Shown here one piece after another: positions 1 through 8,804 of a stretch of DNA of 64,000 nt. How positions within the stretch are numbered: the first letter of the stretch is position 1; each line of letters opens with the position of its first letter. The position numbers and the translations under genes are program-made. The notes beneath the pieces are model-generated. The model made no database searches, had not been told where the DNA came from, and saw only the letters and a list, made by a program, of their open reading frames with translations. This stretch comes from Bacillota bacterium (GTDB lineage: Bacteria; Bacillota; Sulfobacillia; JAJYWN01; JAJZPE01), in contig DASXUT010000035.1 in assembly GCA_036504675.1 (NCBI GenBank), forward strand, positions 7,277-71,276. The letters run 5' to 3'.

Positions 1-975
1 GATGATAATGGCTCCCCCGAACAGTTGGGCCGGACCGACGGCCTCTCGAAGGATGAGGTAACCACTCAGCACGCCGATCACCGGAACGAGGTTGAGGTAG
101 AGGGTGGTGGCGGCGACATCAAGCCGGGCGAGAGCCACGTTGTAACACAGGTAAGCCACCGCGCCGCAGAAGATGCCCAGGAAGAGAAGGTGGCCAAAGG
201 TCGGCATGGAGATGGCCCGCCACTCGTGCCTTTCGAAGAAGGCCAGGGGAATGAGGAAGACCGTGCCCCAGAGGTTCTGTTGGGCGGTCAGGAAAAGGCT
301 CGAGTAGGCACCGGAGAAGGCCTTCATCAGGAGCGTGTAGCCGGACCAGGCCAGGACGGCCGCGACCAGGAACAGGTTGCCTCGGAAGTCGGTGGAAGTC
401 AGGTCAATCCGGCCGTTGCTGGTGATCACCAGGTAAGAGCCGATGATGGCCGCCACGACGCCGAGGACCCTCAGGGCCGAGAGCCTCGTCCGGAAGACGA
501 GGACGTCGAGGATGATGGTGACAATGGGAATCAACGCCACGATCAACGACGCGCTCGAAGCGGAGGTCAGCTGGATCCCGGCGTTCTGAAAGTAGAAGTA
601 AATCGTCACGCTCAAGAGTCCGCCCAGGATGATTCGGGGGAGGTCGGCCCGGCGAAGGCGGGACGCCGGCTCCGTCCACCTGGTCATCAGCCAGAGGATG
701 GCCGTAGAGATGGCAAACCTGAGCACCCCGATGGTCGTAGGCGGGACCTCTCTCAGGGCCACCTTGGTGCTCATGTAGGAGAGGCCCCAGAAGGTGACGG
801 CCAAGAGGATGGCCCCGGTGGCCAGCGCGGTGGTGCCCTGGGCGACGGGCTCTTGGGGGGAGGTGGCGTGGGGTCCGGTCGGCCCGGGTCGGAGTCCCGG
901 TGATCCCGGCTTCGGCGGTTGGGGCTTGGGCTCGGCTGTGCCGCGCGCCTCTGCCCACTGCTGGGTTTTGGTCAT
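1..975 (-). CDS. EamA/DMT-family transporter (partial, C-terminus runs off window start)
   Basis: Minus-strand frame is open from the window edge to ATG at 975 with a GGGAG RBS 6 nt upstream. Translation shows 10-TM EamA-like repeats (...FYFQNAGIQLTSASSASLIVALIPIVT..., ...LYLNLVPVIGVLSGYLILREAVG...). The frame is not in the ORF track because it lacks a stop inside the window. The plus-strand 25..903 ORF is its antisense shadow. Confidence 0.6.
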   Translation of the reverse strand, partial: MTKTQQWAEARGTAEPKPQPPKPGSPGLRPGPTGPHATSPQEPVAQGTTALATGAILLAVTFWGLSYMSTKVALREVPPTTIGVLRFAISTAILWLMTRWTEPASRLRRADLPRIILGGLLSVTIYFYFQNAGIQLTSASSASLIVALIPIVTIILDVLVFRTRLSALRVLGVVAAIIGSYLVITSNGRIDLTSTDFRGNLFLVAAVLAWSGYTLLMKAFSGAYSSLFLTAQQNLWGTVFLIPLAFFERHEWRAISMPTFGHLLFLGIFCGAVAYLCYNVALARLDVAATTLYLNLVPVIGVLSGYLILREAVGPAQLFGGAIII

Positions 976-1081
976 GATTCGCTCCCGAGGAGCCGTCGGA
1001 TAGATGCCGCCGTTGGCTCGTGGCCCCGTTTCGCGGGACCGAAAGTAGGTTTGTGGGTCTCTTGATTACGCCGTTTCCCGG

Positions 1082-1531
1082 TCAATCCCTGCCGGTCTGG
1101 AAGCCGCCCTGCTCGTTCAGACACAACAGAGTACCGCGAACCCGAACCCACTGCCCGAGACGCGGCGGCTGACCGTGGCATTCGACCGAGATTCCGGGAT
1201 CGCCGTCCAGGCAAAAGGTCCTCGGCCCGGTGACTTGGACGACCACCCCTTCGGCCGCGGTGCCGGCCCCGCCGGCCTGGCGGAGGGATCTCCGTCCGTC
1301 GGTGCCACGGGCCCAGGGCTCGGCCCGTTGCAGCCAGAGTTCCCGGACCACCGGCTTGCCCACCTGGAAATGGGCCCTGACCTCGTCGTCCCCGGTGACC
1401 AGCGCCGACTCGGGGGGGTTCACCAGAGCAAAGAGCGTCCGGGGCGGGATCTGGTCGGGAAGGATCAACTCGGCCAGGCCTTCGACGATTCCGCGGAGGT
1501 TGATTGCCGTGATGACAGTGGTGTGTCTCAT
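1082..1531 (-). CDS. hypothetical protein
   Basis: Track ORF 1082..1699. The N-terminal 56 aa look poor, so the internal ATG at 1531 (MRHTTVITAINLRGIVEGLAELILPDQ...) with AAGGA upstream is preferred. No recognizable family. The start is uncertain; 1570 and 1699 are alternatives. Confidence 0.35.
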   Translation of the reverse strand: MRHTTVITAINLRGIVEGLAELILPDQIPPRTLFALVNPPESALVTGDDEVRAHFQVGKPVVRELWLQRAEPWARGTDGRRSLRQAGGAGTAAEGVVVQVTGPRTFCLDGDPGISVECHGQPPRLGQWVRVRGTLLCLNEQGGFQTGRD

Positions 1532-1844
1532 TGGTTGGTCCTTTCCATCGATGACCGGGGTTGTGGCCATGTTGGGTGTTCGTCGGCCGGACGAAGAATT
1601 CTTCATCGGCCCCAGACTGTCCTTTCGGAGTAGCGTTCCAAGAGCGCCGGTCATCCGGCCAAAGCGCCTGCAGCCAGCGGTCCGAGGAGGTTCCGACAAA
1701 GCAGCGGGCGACCGAGGCCAAAGCCAATCCTCCCAACTGCCCCATGATTTCGCTGCCCCGGCCGAGTAGGAGAACGCGGCCGAGACTCCGAAATGAACAG
1801 GAGCCAGACTTCTCTTCGATCCTTAATGTGGGGAGGACCAGACA

Positions 1845-2741
1845 TTGCGGAACTTCAGTAAGTGGACGGTAACCATCGTCGCCGTCGTGGCAACGTTGAT
1901 TGTCGCCGGCGTCGGCGGATTTGCCCTGGGCGCCCGTTCAGTCAAACCCGATCTCCAAAGCGTCGCTTCGGTCAACGGGGATTCAATCACGAAGACCCAG
2001 TTGTACAATAAGATGGTGAAGGACTACGGGGCTCAGACCGTCGACGGTCTGATCACCGACTTGTTGCTCGACCAGCAGCTGAAGAAGGCCGGGGCGACGG
2101 TCACCGACGCCGAGATCAGCGCGGAGGTCAAGAAGCTGGAAGATCGCTTTGGCGGCCAGAGTGGGCTGGACCAAGCCCTGCAGTCGAACGGCATGACCCT
2201 GGCCCAACTGAAGGACAACATCCTGTTCCAGCTGAAGGTCCAAAAGATCATCGGTAAGGATGTCCCGACCGACGACGCCGCCCTTCAAAAGTACTTCCAG
2301 GACAATCTGGCCCAGTTCGATAAGCGCGAGCTCCACGCCCGGCACATCCTCGTCGCCACCGAAGCCGAGGCCAAGACGATCAAGGCCCAGTTGGACAAGG
2401 GCGGTGACTTCGCCGCTCTGGCCAAGCAGAAGTCGACCGACGACACCAACAAGAACCAGGGCGGCGACCTGGGCACGTTTGGCCGCAACAAGATGGACCC
2501 CGATTTTGAGAAAGCCGCCTTCGCTCTGAAGGTCAACGAGGTCTCCCAGCCGGTGCAAAGCCAGTACGGTTGGCACATCGTCCAGGTCCTCGAGATCAAG
2601 GGCACAGCCCCGACCTTCGAGGCCAGCAAGAACTATGTCAAGGAGGCCGTCATCGCCCAGGGCGTGAGCGCCCAGTACCAGACCTGGATGGACAGCCTCA
2701 AGGCGACGGCGAAGATCAGCAACAGCCTGGAGAAGAAGTAG
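1845..2741 (+). CDS. prsA: foldase PrsA-like parvulin-type peptidyl-prolyl isomerase (membrane-anchored)
   Basis: TTG start at 1845 with a GGGGAGGA RBS 7 nt upstream. An N-terminal signal/anchor (TVTIVAVVATLIVAGVGG) is followed by a SurA-N-like region and a parvulin PPIase domain (HARHILVATEAEAKTIKAQLDKGGDFAALAKQKSTD...GGDLG...GWHIVQV). Confidence 0.8.
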   Translation: MRNFSKWTVTIVAVVATLIVAGVGGFALGARSVKPDLQSVASVNGDSITKTQLYNKMVKDYGAQTVDGLITDLLLDQQLKKAGATVTDAEISAEVKKLEDRFGGQSGLDQALQSNGMTLAQLKDNILFQLKVQKIIGKDVPTDDAALQKYFQDNLAQFDKRELHARHILVATEAEAKTIKAQLDKGGDFAALAKQKSTDDTNKNQGGDLGTFGRNKMDPDFEKAAFALKVNEVSQPVQSQYGWHIVQVLEIKGTAPTFEASKNYVKEAVIAQGVSAQYQTWMDSLKATAKISNSLEKK

Positions 2742-2760
2742 CTCGATCTGAGGCAAGATT

Positions 2761-2798
2761 GAGGGCCGGGGGCGGGAGCCTCCGGCCCTCTTGGTTCT
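2761..2798 (+). terminator. rho-independent terminator downstream of prsA
   Basis: The stem GAGGGCCGG pairs with CCGGCCCTC around the loop GGGCGGGAGCCT and is followed by TTGGTTCT. Confidence 0.5.
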
Positions 2799-2922
2799 GC
2801 ATCGGCACCGAGTCCTCTTGTGGCCGGGCCGGTCGGCCGGCCCGTGCCGTCGGACAACAAGAGATGGCCGGACGTTGTCCGACCATCTGAAAGGAAAAAG
2901 CTCCCGCTTGGGGCTTGCCTTG

Positions 2923-2994
2923 AGCCGGCGATGGGACTTGAACCCGCAACCTGCTGATTACGATTCAGCTGCTCTACCATTGAGCTACGCCGGC
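2923..2994 (-). tRNA. tRNA-Thr (anticodon CGT)
   Basis: The reverse complement folds as a cloverleaf: acceptor GCCGGCG/CGCCGGC, D-arm GCTC-AATGGTA-GAGC, anticodon stem GCTGA/TCAGC with loop AUCGUAA (anticodon CGU), and T-loop TTCAAGT. There is one C-A mismatch in the T-stem. CCA is not encoded. Confidence 0.8.
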
Positions 2995-3131
2995 ATTGCG
3001 GCTCGTCTGTGAGCCGCGCTGTCGCTGTTTATGATAGCACATTTCGGCCGCTCCGGCAACAGCCTGCAAAACTTAGAGCGGAAAGGCTTTGCGGGCGACT
3101 CTTGCCCGGCGCGGGCCGGGTCTGTTCGTGC

Positions 3132-3641
3132 TCACGGTCGTTGACGCCCCGGGCGTCTCCTCGGGCCAACCTTGGCCGCCGGCTTGGTCGTTCGGGCGGT
3201 TCGGCGAATCTTCTTGCGCTCTCCGGTTCCGCTCGCTTGGACCGTCTCGGCCAACTTGCGCTCACGCCAAGCCATGTGCCGGCGGGCGAGTTCTTCGAGT
3301 TGGGACAGGTAGCGTGGATTCTTGCGCTCGGCACGGAGCTCGGCGATGAATGCCTGGACCTGCATCCAGACGCCGATGTCTTCGCCGACGCTGGCGAAGA
3401 ACAGGTCCTCGTGGAGAGCACCCTGGAGGACGATGGCCGCCGCCATGTCCCAATAGCTGACCACTTGGCGGAAATAGGCGTTGGTGTCGGAACCGGGCGG
3501 GCACTGGGCCTTGAACTCAGCAAGGGTCTTGGCCGAGAATTCGCCCATGAACCACTTGCGGGCCCGGCGCATGACCTCTTCGCGCCTGAGGTCATAGAGC
3601 CTCAAGACCAACTCGGCATCTTGGTAGGTCGGCTTGGGCAA
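3132..3641 (-). CDS. hypothetical protein with basic C-terminal tail
   Basis: TTG start at 3641 with an AGGGGGAA RBS 7 nt upstream. The 169-aa sequence (MPKPTYQDAELVLRLYDLRREEV...) is globular-looking with a Lys/Arg-rich C-terminus. It lies between two tRNA genes. No family recognized. Confidence 0.5.
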   Translation of the reverse strand: MPKPTYQDAELVLRLYDLRREEVMRRARKWFMGEFSAKTLAEFKAQCPPGSDTNAYFRQVVSYWDMAAAIVLQGALHEDLFFASVGEDIGVWMQVQAFIAELRAERKNPRYLSQLEELARRHMAWRERKLAETVQASGTGERKKIRRTARTTKPAAKVGPRRRPGRQRP

Positions 3642-3807
3642 TGGTGATTCCCCCTGTCCGTGTCATTCGCGATCTGACTAAATGTTAGCACAGCTCGTCC
3701 GGGATGGCAAATAAAGGATTCAGAGGACGGCCGAGCTTCGCGTTGGTCTAATGGCCCAGGGGTCTTGAACAAAAACATAGCCGCCCGGTGTTTCACCGGC
3801 CGGCTTG

Positions 3808-3879
3808 AGCGGGAGACGGGATTCGAACCCGCGGCCTTCGGCTTGGGAAGCCAACGTTCTACCACTAAACTACTCCCGC
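3808..3879 (-). tRNA. tRNA-Gly (anticodon CCC)
   Basis: The reverse complement gives acceptor GCGGGAG/CTCCCGC, anticodon stem TTGGC/GCCGA with loop UUCCCAA (anticodon CCC), and T-arm GCGGG-TTCGAAT-CCCGT. CCA is not encoded. Confidence 0.8.
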
Positions 3880-4038
3880 GTTGCAAAGTTCATTATAACC
3901 CAACTCGAAGGCTCATTGCAAGTCAGCGCGGTTCGGCACAAGCGCGGCGCGGACCATGGATCATTGGTCATCGGATCGGCCGGTCTGCCGGGCATGTTGG
4001 CGGCCGAGCGCCGTCGTTGTCGATCCCGATCTTGGTTC

Positions 4039-5184
4039 TCAGTGCGACCTCTCCTTGATCGCCTGGCCGGCCCGGTTCTGGAGGTCGAGTAGGCCGAGGA
4101 GGGGCTGGGCCGGGAACCCGGGGCGGACGGCCGAGAACTGGTAGTTGCGCCGGTCGACGGAGGTCCAACGGTACTTGTAATCTTCGGCTCCGCGGAGGAA
4201 ATCGAAGGCCGGGGAGCCTTCGTCGATGGCCTGCCGGATGGAGTGGGCCAGGACCAGGTTGCCAACCCCGGCCCAGGACCATTTGGGGTCGAAGCCGCCC
4301 GAATAGTAGAACGTGCCGTCGGCAGTACGAAAGCAGTACTGGCTAGCCACGCATCGGTCATCGGCGTAGGCAAGGTAGAGCCGGAGGCGGCCCTCATCCA
4401 GGAAGCGGCGGGCGACGTCGCGGTGGAACCGCCTGACCGAGGGCAGGGCGAAACTCCCCGGCATACCCTTTCCCCACCACCGCTGCTTATGAAGACTGAA
4501 GAAATCGTCCATGGCCTGGTCGACATGGGCACCGGAGTCGACCAGTCTGATTTCGAAGTTGCTCTCGCGCTCGAGGCGCCGCCGGTAATAATCCAGGTGC
4601 TTGCGGGTCTTCTTGCCCAGGTCCTGCTGGAATTCGTCCCAGGTCGACGGGAGTGGCCGATAGGGGCAGACTTCCTGAGGCAGGTAGGCCGACCCCCAGC
4701 CGGCCTCGTCGGCGGCCTGGCGGATGGCGGCAAGGGCCGGTGAGTCGCCGGGACACTCCTCGACGGTCATCAGCTCCCAAGTGGGATGGCTCCCGAGAAA
4801 GGACGTCAAGTCCCGAGCCAAGGCTTCCTCCTCACCTCGGGCGAAGATCAGATCGAGATAGTCACTATTGCCCGCGCCCATCAATCGTAGGCGACGGACC
4901 GGGAGCAGGGGCAGACCGGGCAGCAGCCACTGCCGGAAGAACGGGGCGAGTCCGGCCAACTCCCCACCGGGCCGCCGCAGGGTGATAAGGTACAGGGCCT
5001 TCCCCCGGCGGTGATGGCGCCACCACGTGGCCGCCCATGTCCAGGTTGAGAAGGGGCGATTGGACCGGCTTCCTTCGAGGAGGCTCTCCCATTCGTCACG
5101 GATGGCCGCCAATCCTACCTCTTCGGTCACCGCGCCGATCTCGTATGGCCGGCGTTCAGCGTCAAGCTCACCTGATTGGGTCAC
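4039..5184 (-). CDS. GNAT-family acetyltransferase, CelD/FemAB-like (BioF2-like acetyltransferase domain)
   Basis: In track ORF 4039..5571 the first 128 aa are out-of-frame overlap with dedA, so the real start is taken as GTG at 5184 with a GGAGGAA RBS 9 nt upstream. The C-terminal 380 aa carry CelD-like GNAT motifs (...FDPKWSWAGVGNLVLAHSIRQAIDEG...FDFLRGAEDYKYRW). Confidence 0.55.
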   Translation of the reverse strand: MTQSGELDAERRPYEIGAVTEEVGLAAIRDEWESLLEGSRSNRPFSTWTWAATWWRHHRRGKALYLITLRRPGGELAGLAPFFRQWLLPGLPLLPVRRLRLMGAGNSDYLDLIFARGEEEALARDLTSFLGSHPTWELMTVEECPGDSPALAAIRQAADEAGWGSAYLPQEVCPYRPLPSTWDEFQQDLGKKTRKHLDYYRRRLERESNFEIRLVDSGAHVDQAMDDFFSLHKQRWWGKGMPGSFALPSVRRFHRDVARRFLDEGRLRLYLAYADDRCVASQYCFRTADGTFYYSGGFDPKWSWAGVGNLVLAHSIRQAIDEGSPAFDFLRGAEDYKYRWTSVDRRNYQFSAVRPGFPAQPLLGLLDLQNRAGQAIKERSH

Positions 5185-5794
5185 GTCTACGGTTCCTCCG
5201 CCACAGCCAGTAGCCGAAGCCGGCCACCAGGGCCACTGAGGCCAGCGCGGCCAGGTGCGGCCTGACGAATCTGAGGATGATATGCCAGCGCCCGCCGAAG
5301 GCGTAGAACAGCCAGAGCCAGCCGGCCGTCCAGGAGGCCTCGGCGATGAGCGAGTAGACGACGTAAACATCGAGGCGCATCTTGGCAAGGCCGCTGGCAA
5401 TGATGGTCGGGGTCCGGATGATCCCGAACCAGCGAGCCAGGACGATGGTCCCGCCGCCGTAACGGGCGAACCAGTCGGAGACGCGGGCAAGTTCTTTCTG
5501 GGTGATGCCGAACCTGGCTCCGTAACGTTCGATGAAAGCCTGCCCGCCCCAATAGCCAATCCAGTAGCCACCGAGGTTGCCGATGGTCTCCCCGATGGCC
5601 GCGACGGCCCAGGCCATAGGGAAACTCATCTTCCCTTGAACGATGAGGATCCCGGCCACGGCGAAGGGGATCTCGATTGGCACAGGCAGACCGGTCCCTT
5701 CCAGGCTGGAGGCCACCAAGATCCCCCAGTAACCATAGCGCATGGCCCAGTCGAAGAGCGTCCCGGCCCAGCCACCGAGGATACCTAGCTCCAT
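5168..5794 (-). CDS. DedA-family membrane protein
   Basis: 208 aa with the typical DedA/SNARE-associated core (GILVASSLEGTGLPVPIEIPFAVAGILI...IVLARWFGIIRTPTIIASG). Confidence 0.8.
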   Translation of the reverse strand: MELGILGGWAGTLFDWAMRYGYWGILVASSLEGTGLPVPIEIPFAVAGILIVQGKMSFPMAWAVAAIGETIGNLGGYWIGYWGGQAFIERYGARFGITQKELARVSDWFARYGGGTIVLARWFGIIRTPTIIASGLAKMRLDVYVVYSLIAEASWTAGWLWLFYAFGGRWHIILRFVRPHLAALASVALVAGFGYWLWRRNRRRDPIR

Positions 5795-5839
5795 GGAGGC
5801 CTCCTTCGAGCCGTCCTCGCCCAGAACCTGGCCGGCGGC

Positions 5840-7123
5840 TCAGAAGATGTCGGCCATGGTCAGGGTCTGGGTCCTTTCCCGTCCGATTGAGACCAGGCCG
5901 ACCCGGCACTTCGTCTGCTCCTCGACAAAGGATATGTATTCGGCGGCGGCCCGGGGAAGCTCTGCCGCCGAGGTCGGCCGACCGATATCCGCCGGCCAGC
6001 CGTCGAGCTCTTCATAGACTGGTTGGCATTCGGCCAGGTCGTCCAGGGAGGCCGGGAACTCCTTGACGATCTGGCCTTTGCGCCGGTATGCGGTGCAGAC
6101 TTTGACCCGCTCCGCCCCGCCGAGGGTATCCAGGCGGGTGATGGCCAGACGGTCAAGGCCGCTGACTCTTACGGCGTATCTGACGATAACCAGGTCGAGC
6201 CAGCCGCAACGCCTTGGGCGGCCAGTGGTGGTGCCGTACTCGGAGCCCCGGCAGCGGATCCACTCGCCTCTCTCATCGACCAGTTCGGTCGGGAAGGGCC
6301 CGTCGCCGACGCGAGTCGTGTAGGCCTTCATCACTCCGACGACCCGGTTGATCCGGGTCGGGCCGACCCCCGCTCCAATGCAGGCCCCGCCGGCGATCGG
6401 GTGGGACGACGTGACGTACGGGTAGGTTCCCAGATCGATGTCGAGGAGGGTCCCCTGGGCCCCTTCGAAGAGGACCCGCCGACCGGCGTCGAGGGCCTCG
6501 TTGATGATCAGCGACGTGTCGGTGACGAAGGGCCGGATGCGTTCGTAGACCCGAAGGACCTCCCCGGCCACCTCGTCAACGGTGAACCCGGGCTGGTCAT
6601 GGACCCGCTCGAGCAGCCGATTCTTCTCGTCCAGGACGACCTGGAGGCGGCGGCGAAAGTCGTCCGGTTTGGCCAGATCACAGACCCGGAGGCCGATGCG
6701 CGCCGCCTTGTCCGCATAGGCCGGGCCGATCCCGCGCTTCGTCGTCCCGATCTTGTTCTTCCCGCGCCGCTCTTCGTCGGCGGCATCCAGGCGATGATGG
6801 TAGGGCAAGAGGAGATGAGCCCGGTCGCTGATCCTCAGGTTCGGTCGGGTGACCCCCTGATCCTTGAGGTAATCCAGCTCGCGGTCGAGGAGGCCGAGGT
6901 CGAGGACCACGCCGTTGCCAATGACTGAGAGCTTGTCCGGGTAGAAGATGCCGGAAGGAACCAGGTGAAGCTTGTATTCGTTATTTCCCACGACCACGGT
7001 GTGGCCGGCGTTGCTCCCACCCTGGTACCGCACCACCATGTCGGCCTGCTCGGCCAGGTAGTCGGTGATCTTGCCCTTACCTTCGTCGCCCCACTGGGCG
7101 CCAACGATGATGATCGACGGCAT
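5840..7123 (-). CDS. purA: adenylosuccinate synthetase
   Basis: 427 aa with the P-loop QWGDEGKGK, GSNAGHTV, and KIGTTKRGIGPAY motifs. Full-length PurA. Confidence 0.95.
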   Translation of the reverse strand: MPSIIIVGAQWGDEGKGKITDYLAEQADMVVRYQGGSNAGHTVVVGNNEYKLHLVPSGIFYPDKLSVIGNGVVLDLGLLDRELDYLKDQGVTRPNLRISDRAHLLLPYHHRLDAADEERRGKNKIGTTKRGIGPAYADKAARIGLRVCDLAKPDDFRRRLQVVLDEKNRLLERVHDQPGFTVDEVAGEVLRVYERIRPFVTDTSLIINEALDAGRRVLFEGAQGTLLDIDLGTYPYVTSSHPIAGGACIGAGVGPTRINRVVGVMKAYTTRVGDGPFPTELVDERGEWIRCRGSEYGTTTGRPRRCGWLDLVIVRYAVRVSGLDRLAITRLDTLGGAERVKVCTAYRRKGQIVKEFPASLDDLAECQPVYEELDGWPADIGRPTSAAELPRAAAEYISFVEEQTKCRVGLVSIGRERTQTLTMADIF

Positions 7124-7125
7124 GC

Positions 7126-8535
7126 CTACCCCTCCCCCTCGAACCCTTCGCGCCCGAGGATTTCCTTGGCCACGTGGACCCCGGACGCGGAGGCTTGGAC
7201 CAACCCGCGGGTGACCCCAGCCCCGTCCCCGGCCGCGAAGAGATTCTGGACCTTGGTTTCCAATGATTTTGAGAGCTCCAGACGCTGTGAATAGAACTTG
7301 ACCTCGACACCGTACAGAAGGGTATGGCGCGAGTAAACGCCTGGGGTGATCCGGTCCATCGCCTGCAGCATCTCGAGGATGCTGATCAGATGGCGGTAAG
7401 GTAGAACCAGGCTGAGGTCGCCCGGGGTGGCCTCCTTGAGGGTCGGCTCGACCATCCCGCGCTGAAGGCGTTTCTGGGTCGAGCGGCGGCCGGCCAGCAG
7501 GTCTCCCAGGCGCTGGACCAGGACTCCCCCGCCGATCATATTGGCCAGGCGGGCGATATCCCGACCGTAGGAGAGCGGCTCCTTGAACGGCTCGGTGAAC
7601 GTCTTCGAGACGAGCAGGGCAAAGTTGGTGTTCTCCGTCCTCTGGTCGGAATAGCTGTGGCCGTTGACGGTCAAGAGTCCGCCGGTGTTCTCGATGACCA
7701 CCTCCCCGTATGGGTTGACGCAGAAGGTGCGGACCTGGTCATCGAAGGACTTCGAGTAGTAGATGAGCTTGGCCTCATAAAGCTCCTTGGTAAATGGTTC
7801 GAGGACGACCGCCGGGAGCTCGACCCGGACTCCGATGTCGACGGGGTTGTTGGCCAGCGGCAGGCCGAGCTTCTTGGCCTGTCCGGTGAACCACTCGGCT
7901 CCCTCACGCCCGGGAACGACCACGAGGTAACGGCTCCTGATCACCGTTCCACGGGTCAGGCGGACGCCGGTCACCCGCTCCCCTTCGACCAGGATCTCCT
8001 CGGCCTGCACCCGCGTACGGATGTCGACTCGGTCGGCCAGGTGGTCGCGCATCGCCGAGAGGATGTCGTAGCAGCGATCGGTCCCCAGGTGACGGACCCG
8101 CGTGGGGATCAGGGACAGGTCGGCCGTGGCCGCCTGACGCTGTAAATCCCGAAAGGCGGCGCCGTTGGTCCCGTAGACTTCCTCCGGCGCTCCGAACCTC
8201 AGGTAGACCTGGTCAACGTAGCCGATCAGTTCGTCGAGGCGCTGACGCCCGACGTACTGCTCGAGCCATCCGCCGACGGCATGGGTCAGGGTCAGCTTGC
8301 CGTCGCTGAAGGCCCCGGCTCCGCCCCAGCCGGAGAGGATGAGGCATGGCTCGCAGCGGGTGCAGCCGACGTGCCTGACCTGCATGGGGCAGCGGCGCTG
8401 GTTGATGTCCGGCCCCTTCTCCAGGAGAAGGACCTTAAGCTTCGGCGCCTTCTCGGCGAGTTCCAAGGCGGCGAAGATGCCGGCCGGCCCGGCGCCCACG
8501 ATGGTTACATCATAGCTTTCCACGTTCTCCGGCAT
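7126..8535 (-). CDS. FAD-dependent protein (COG2509-type NAD(FAD)-utilizing dehydrogenase)
   Basis: Begins with the Rossmann motif YDVTIVGAGPAGIFAALELAE. 469 aa with the C-terminal domain typical of uncharacterized FAD-dependent dehydrogenases. Confidence 0.75.
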   Translation of the reverse strand: MPENVESYDVTIVGAGPAGIFAALELAEKAPKLKVLLLEKGPDINQRRCPMQVRHVGCTRCEPCLILSGWGGAGAFSDGKLTLTHAVGGWLEQYVGRQRLDELIGYVDQVYLRFGAPEEVYGTNGAAFRDLQRQAATADLSLIPTRVRHLGTDRCYDILSAMRDHLADRVDIRTRVQAEEILVEGERVTGVRLTRGTVIRSRYLVVVPGREGAEWFTGQAKKLGLPLANNPVDIGVRVELPAVVLEPFTKELYEAKLIYYSKSFDDQVRTFCVNPYGEVVIENTGGLLTVNGHSYSDQRTENTNFALLVSKTFTEPFKEPLSYGRDIARLANMIGGGVLVQRLGDLLAGRRSTQKRLQRGMVEPTLKEATPGDLSLVLPYRHLISILEMLQAMDRITPGVYSRHTLLYGVEVKFYSQRLELSKSLETKVQNLFAAGDGAGVTRGLVQASASGVHVAKEILGREGFEGEG

Positions 8536-8804
8536 GGATGACCAGCGCCTCCTCTGGTCCTAGTATGCGTGGGGGAAAGAAAACAACGGCCGACCACGGA
8601 CATCGGGGCGGCCGAAAGTCTTTCCACAAGTGGCAGAGCCACACTCATGATAGCAGGAGAGGGCCTTTCCGTCAACAGATTGCCGAACATTCCCGGCAAA
8701 AACCCGTTTATCGTTCGTGGCTCGCCCTGGGTCATGTGTCACCGGGATTCTCTCCGCCGTATGATGTGACGTGGCCTCCCGGGCCACGGAGGGGGAATCC
8801 ATGG

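Noticed and set aside
25-903. 292-aa plus-strand ORF (MGRTDGLSKDEVTTQHADHRN...)
   Set aside because: It is the antisense shadow of the EamA transporter gene on the minus strand. It is Asp/Gly/Arg/Glu-rich with no membrane or domain features. The minus frame gives a textbook 10-TM EamA protein.
972-1745. 257-aa minus ORF overlapping the hypothetical gene in another frame
   Set aside because: Its Arg/Gly/Pro-rich low-complexity translation is typical of off-frame reading in high-GC DNA. The alternative frame 1082..1531 looks protein-like.
3009-3647. 212-aa plus ORF and 188-aa minus ORF overlapping the 3132..3641 gene
   Set aside because: Both are antisense or off-frame shadows. Only the 169-aa minus frame has a balanced composition and a properly spaced RBS.
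3602-3886. 94-aa ORF spanning tRNA-Gly
   Set aside because: It overlaps a well-formed tRNA cloverleaf and is a spurious ORF.
3870-4733. 287-aa Ser/Thr/Pro/Arg-rich ORF and other ORFs overlapping the GNAT gene
   Set aside because: They are off-frame shadows of the CelD-like GNAT gene.
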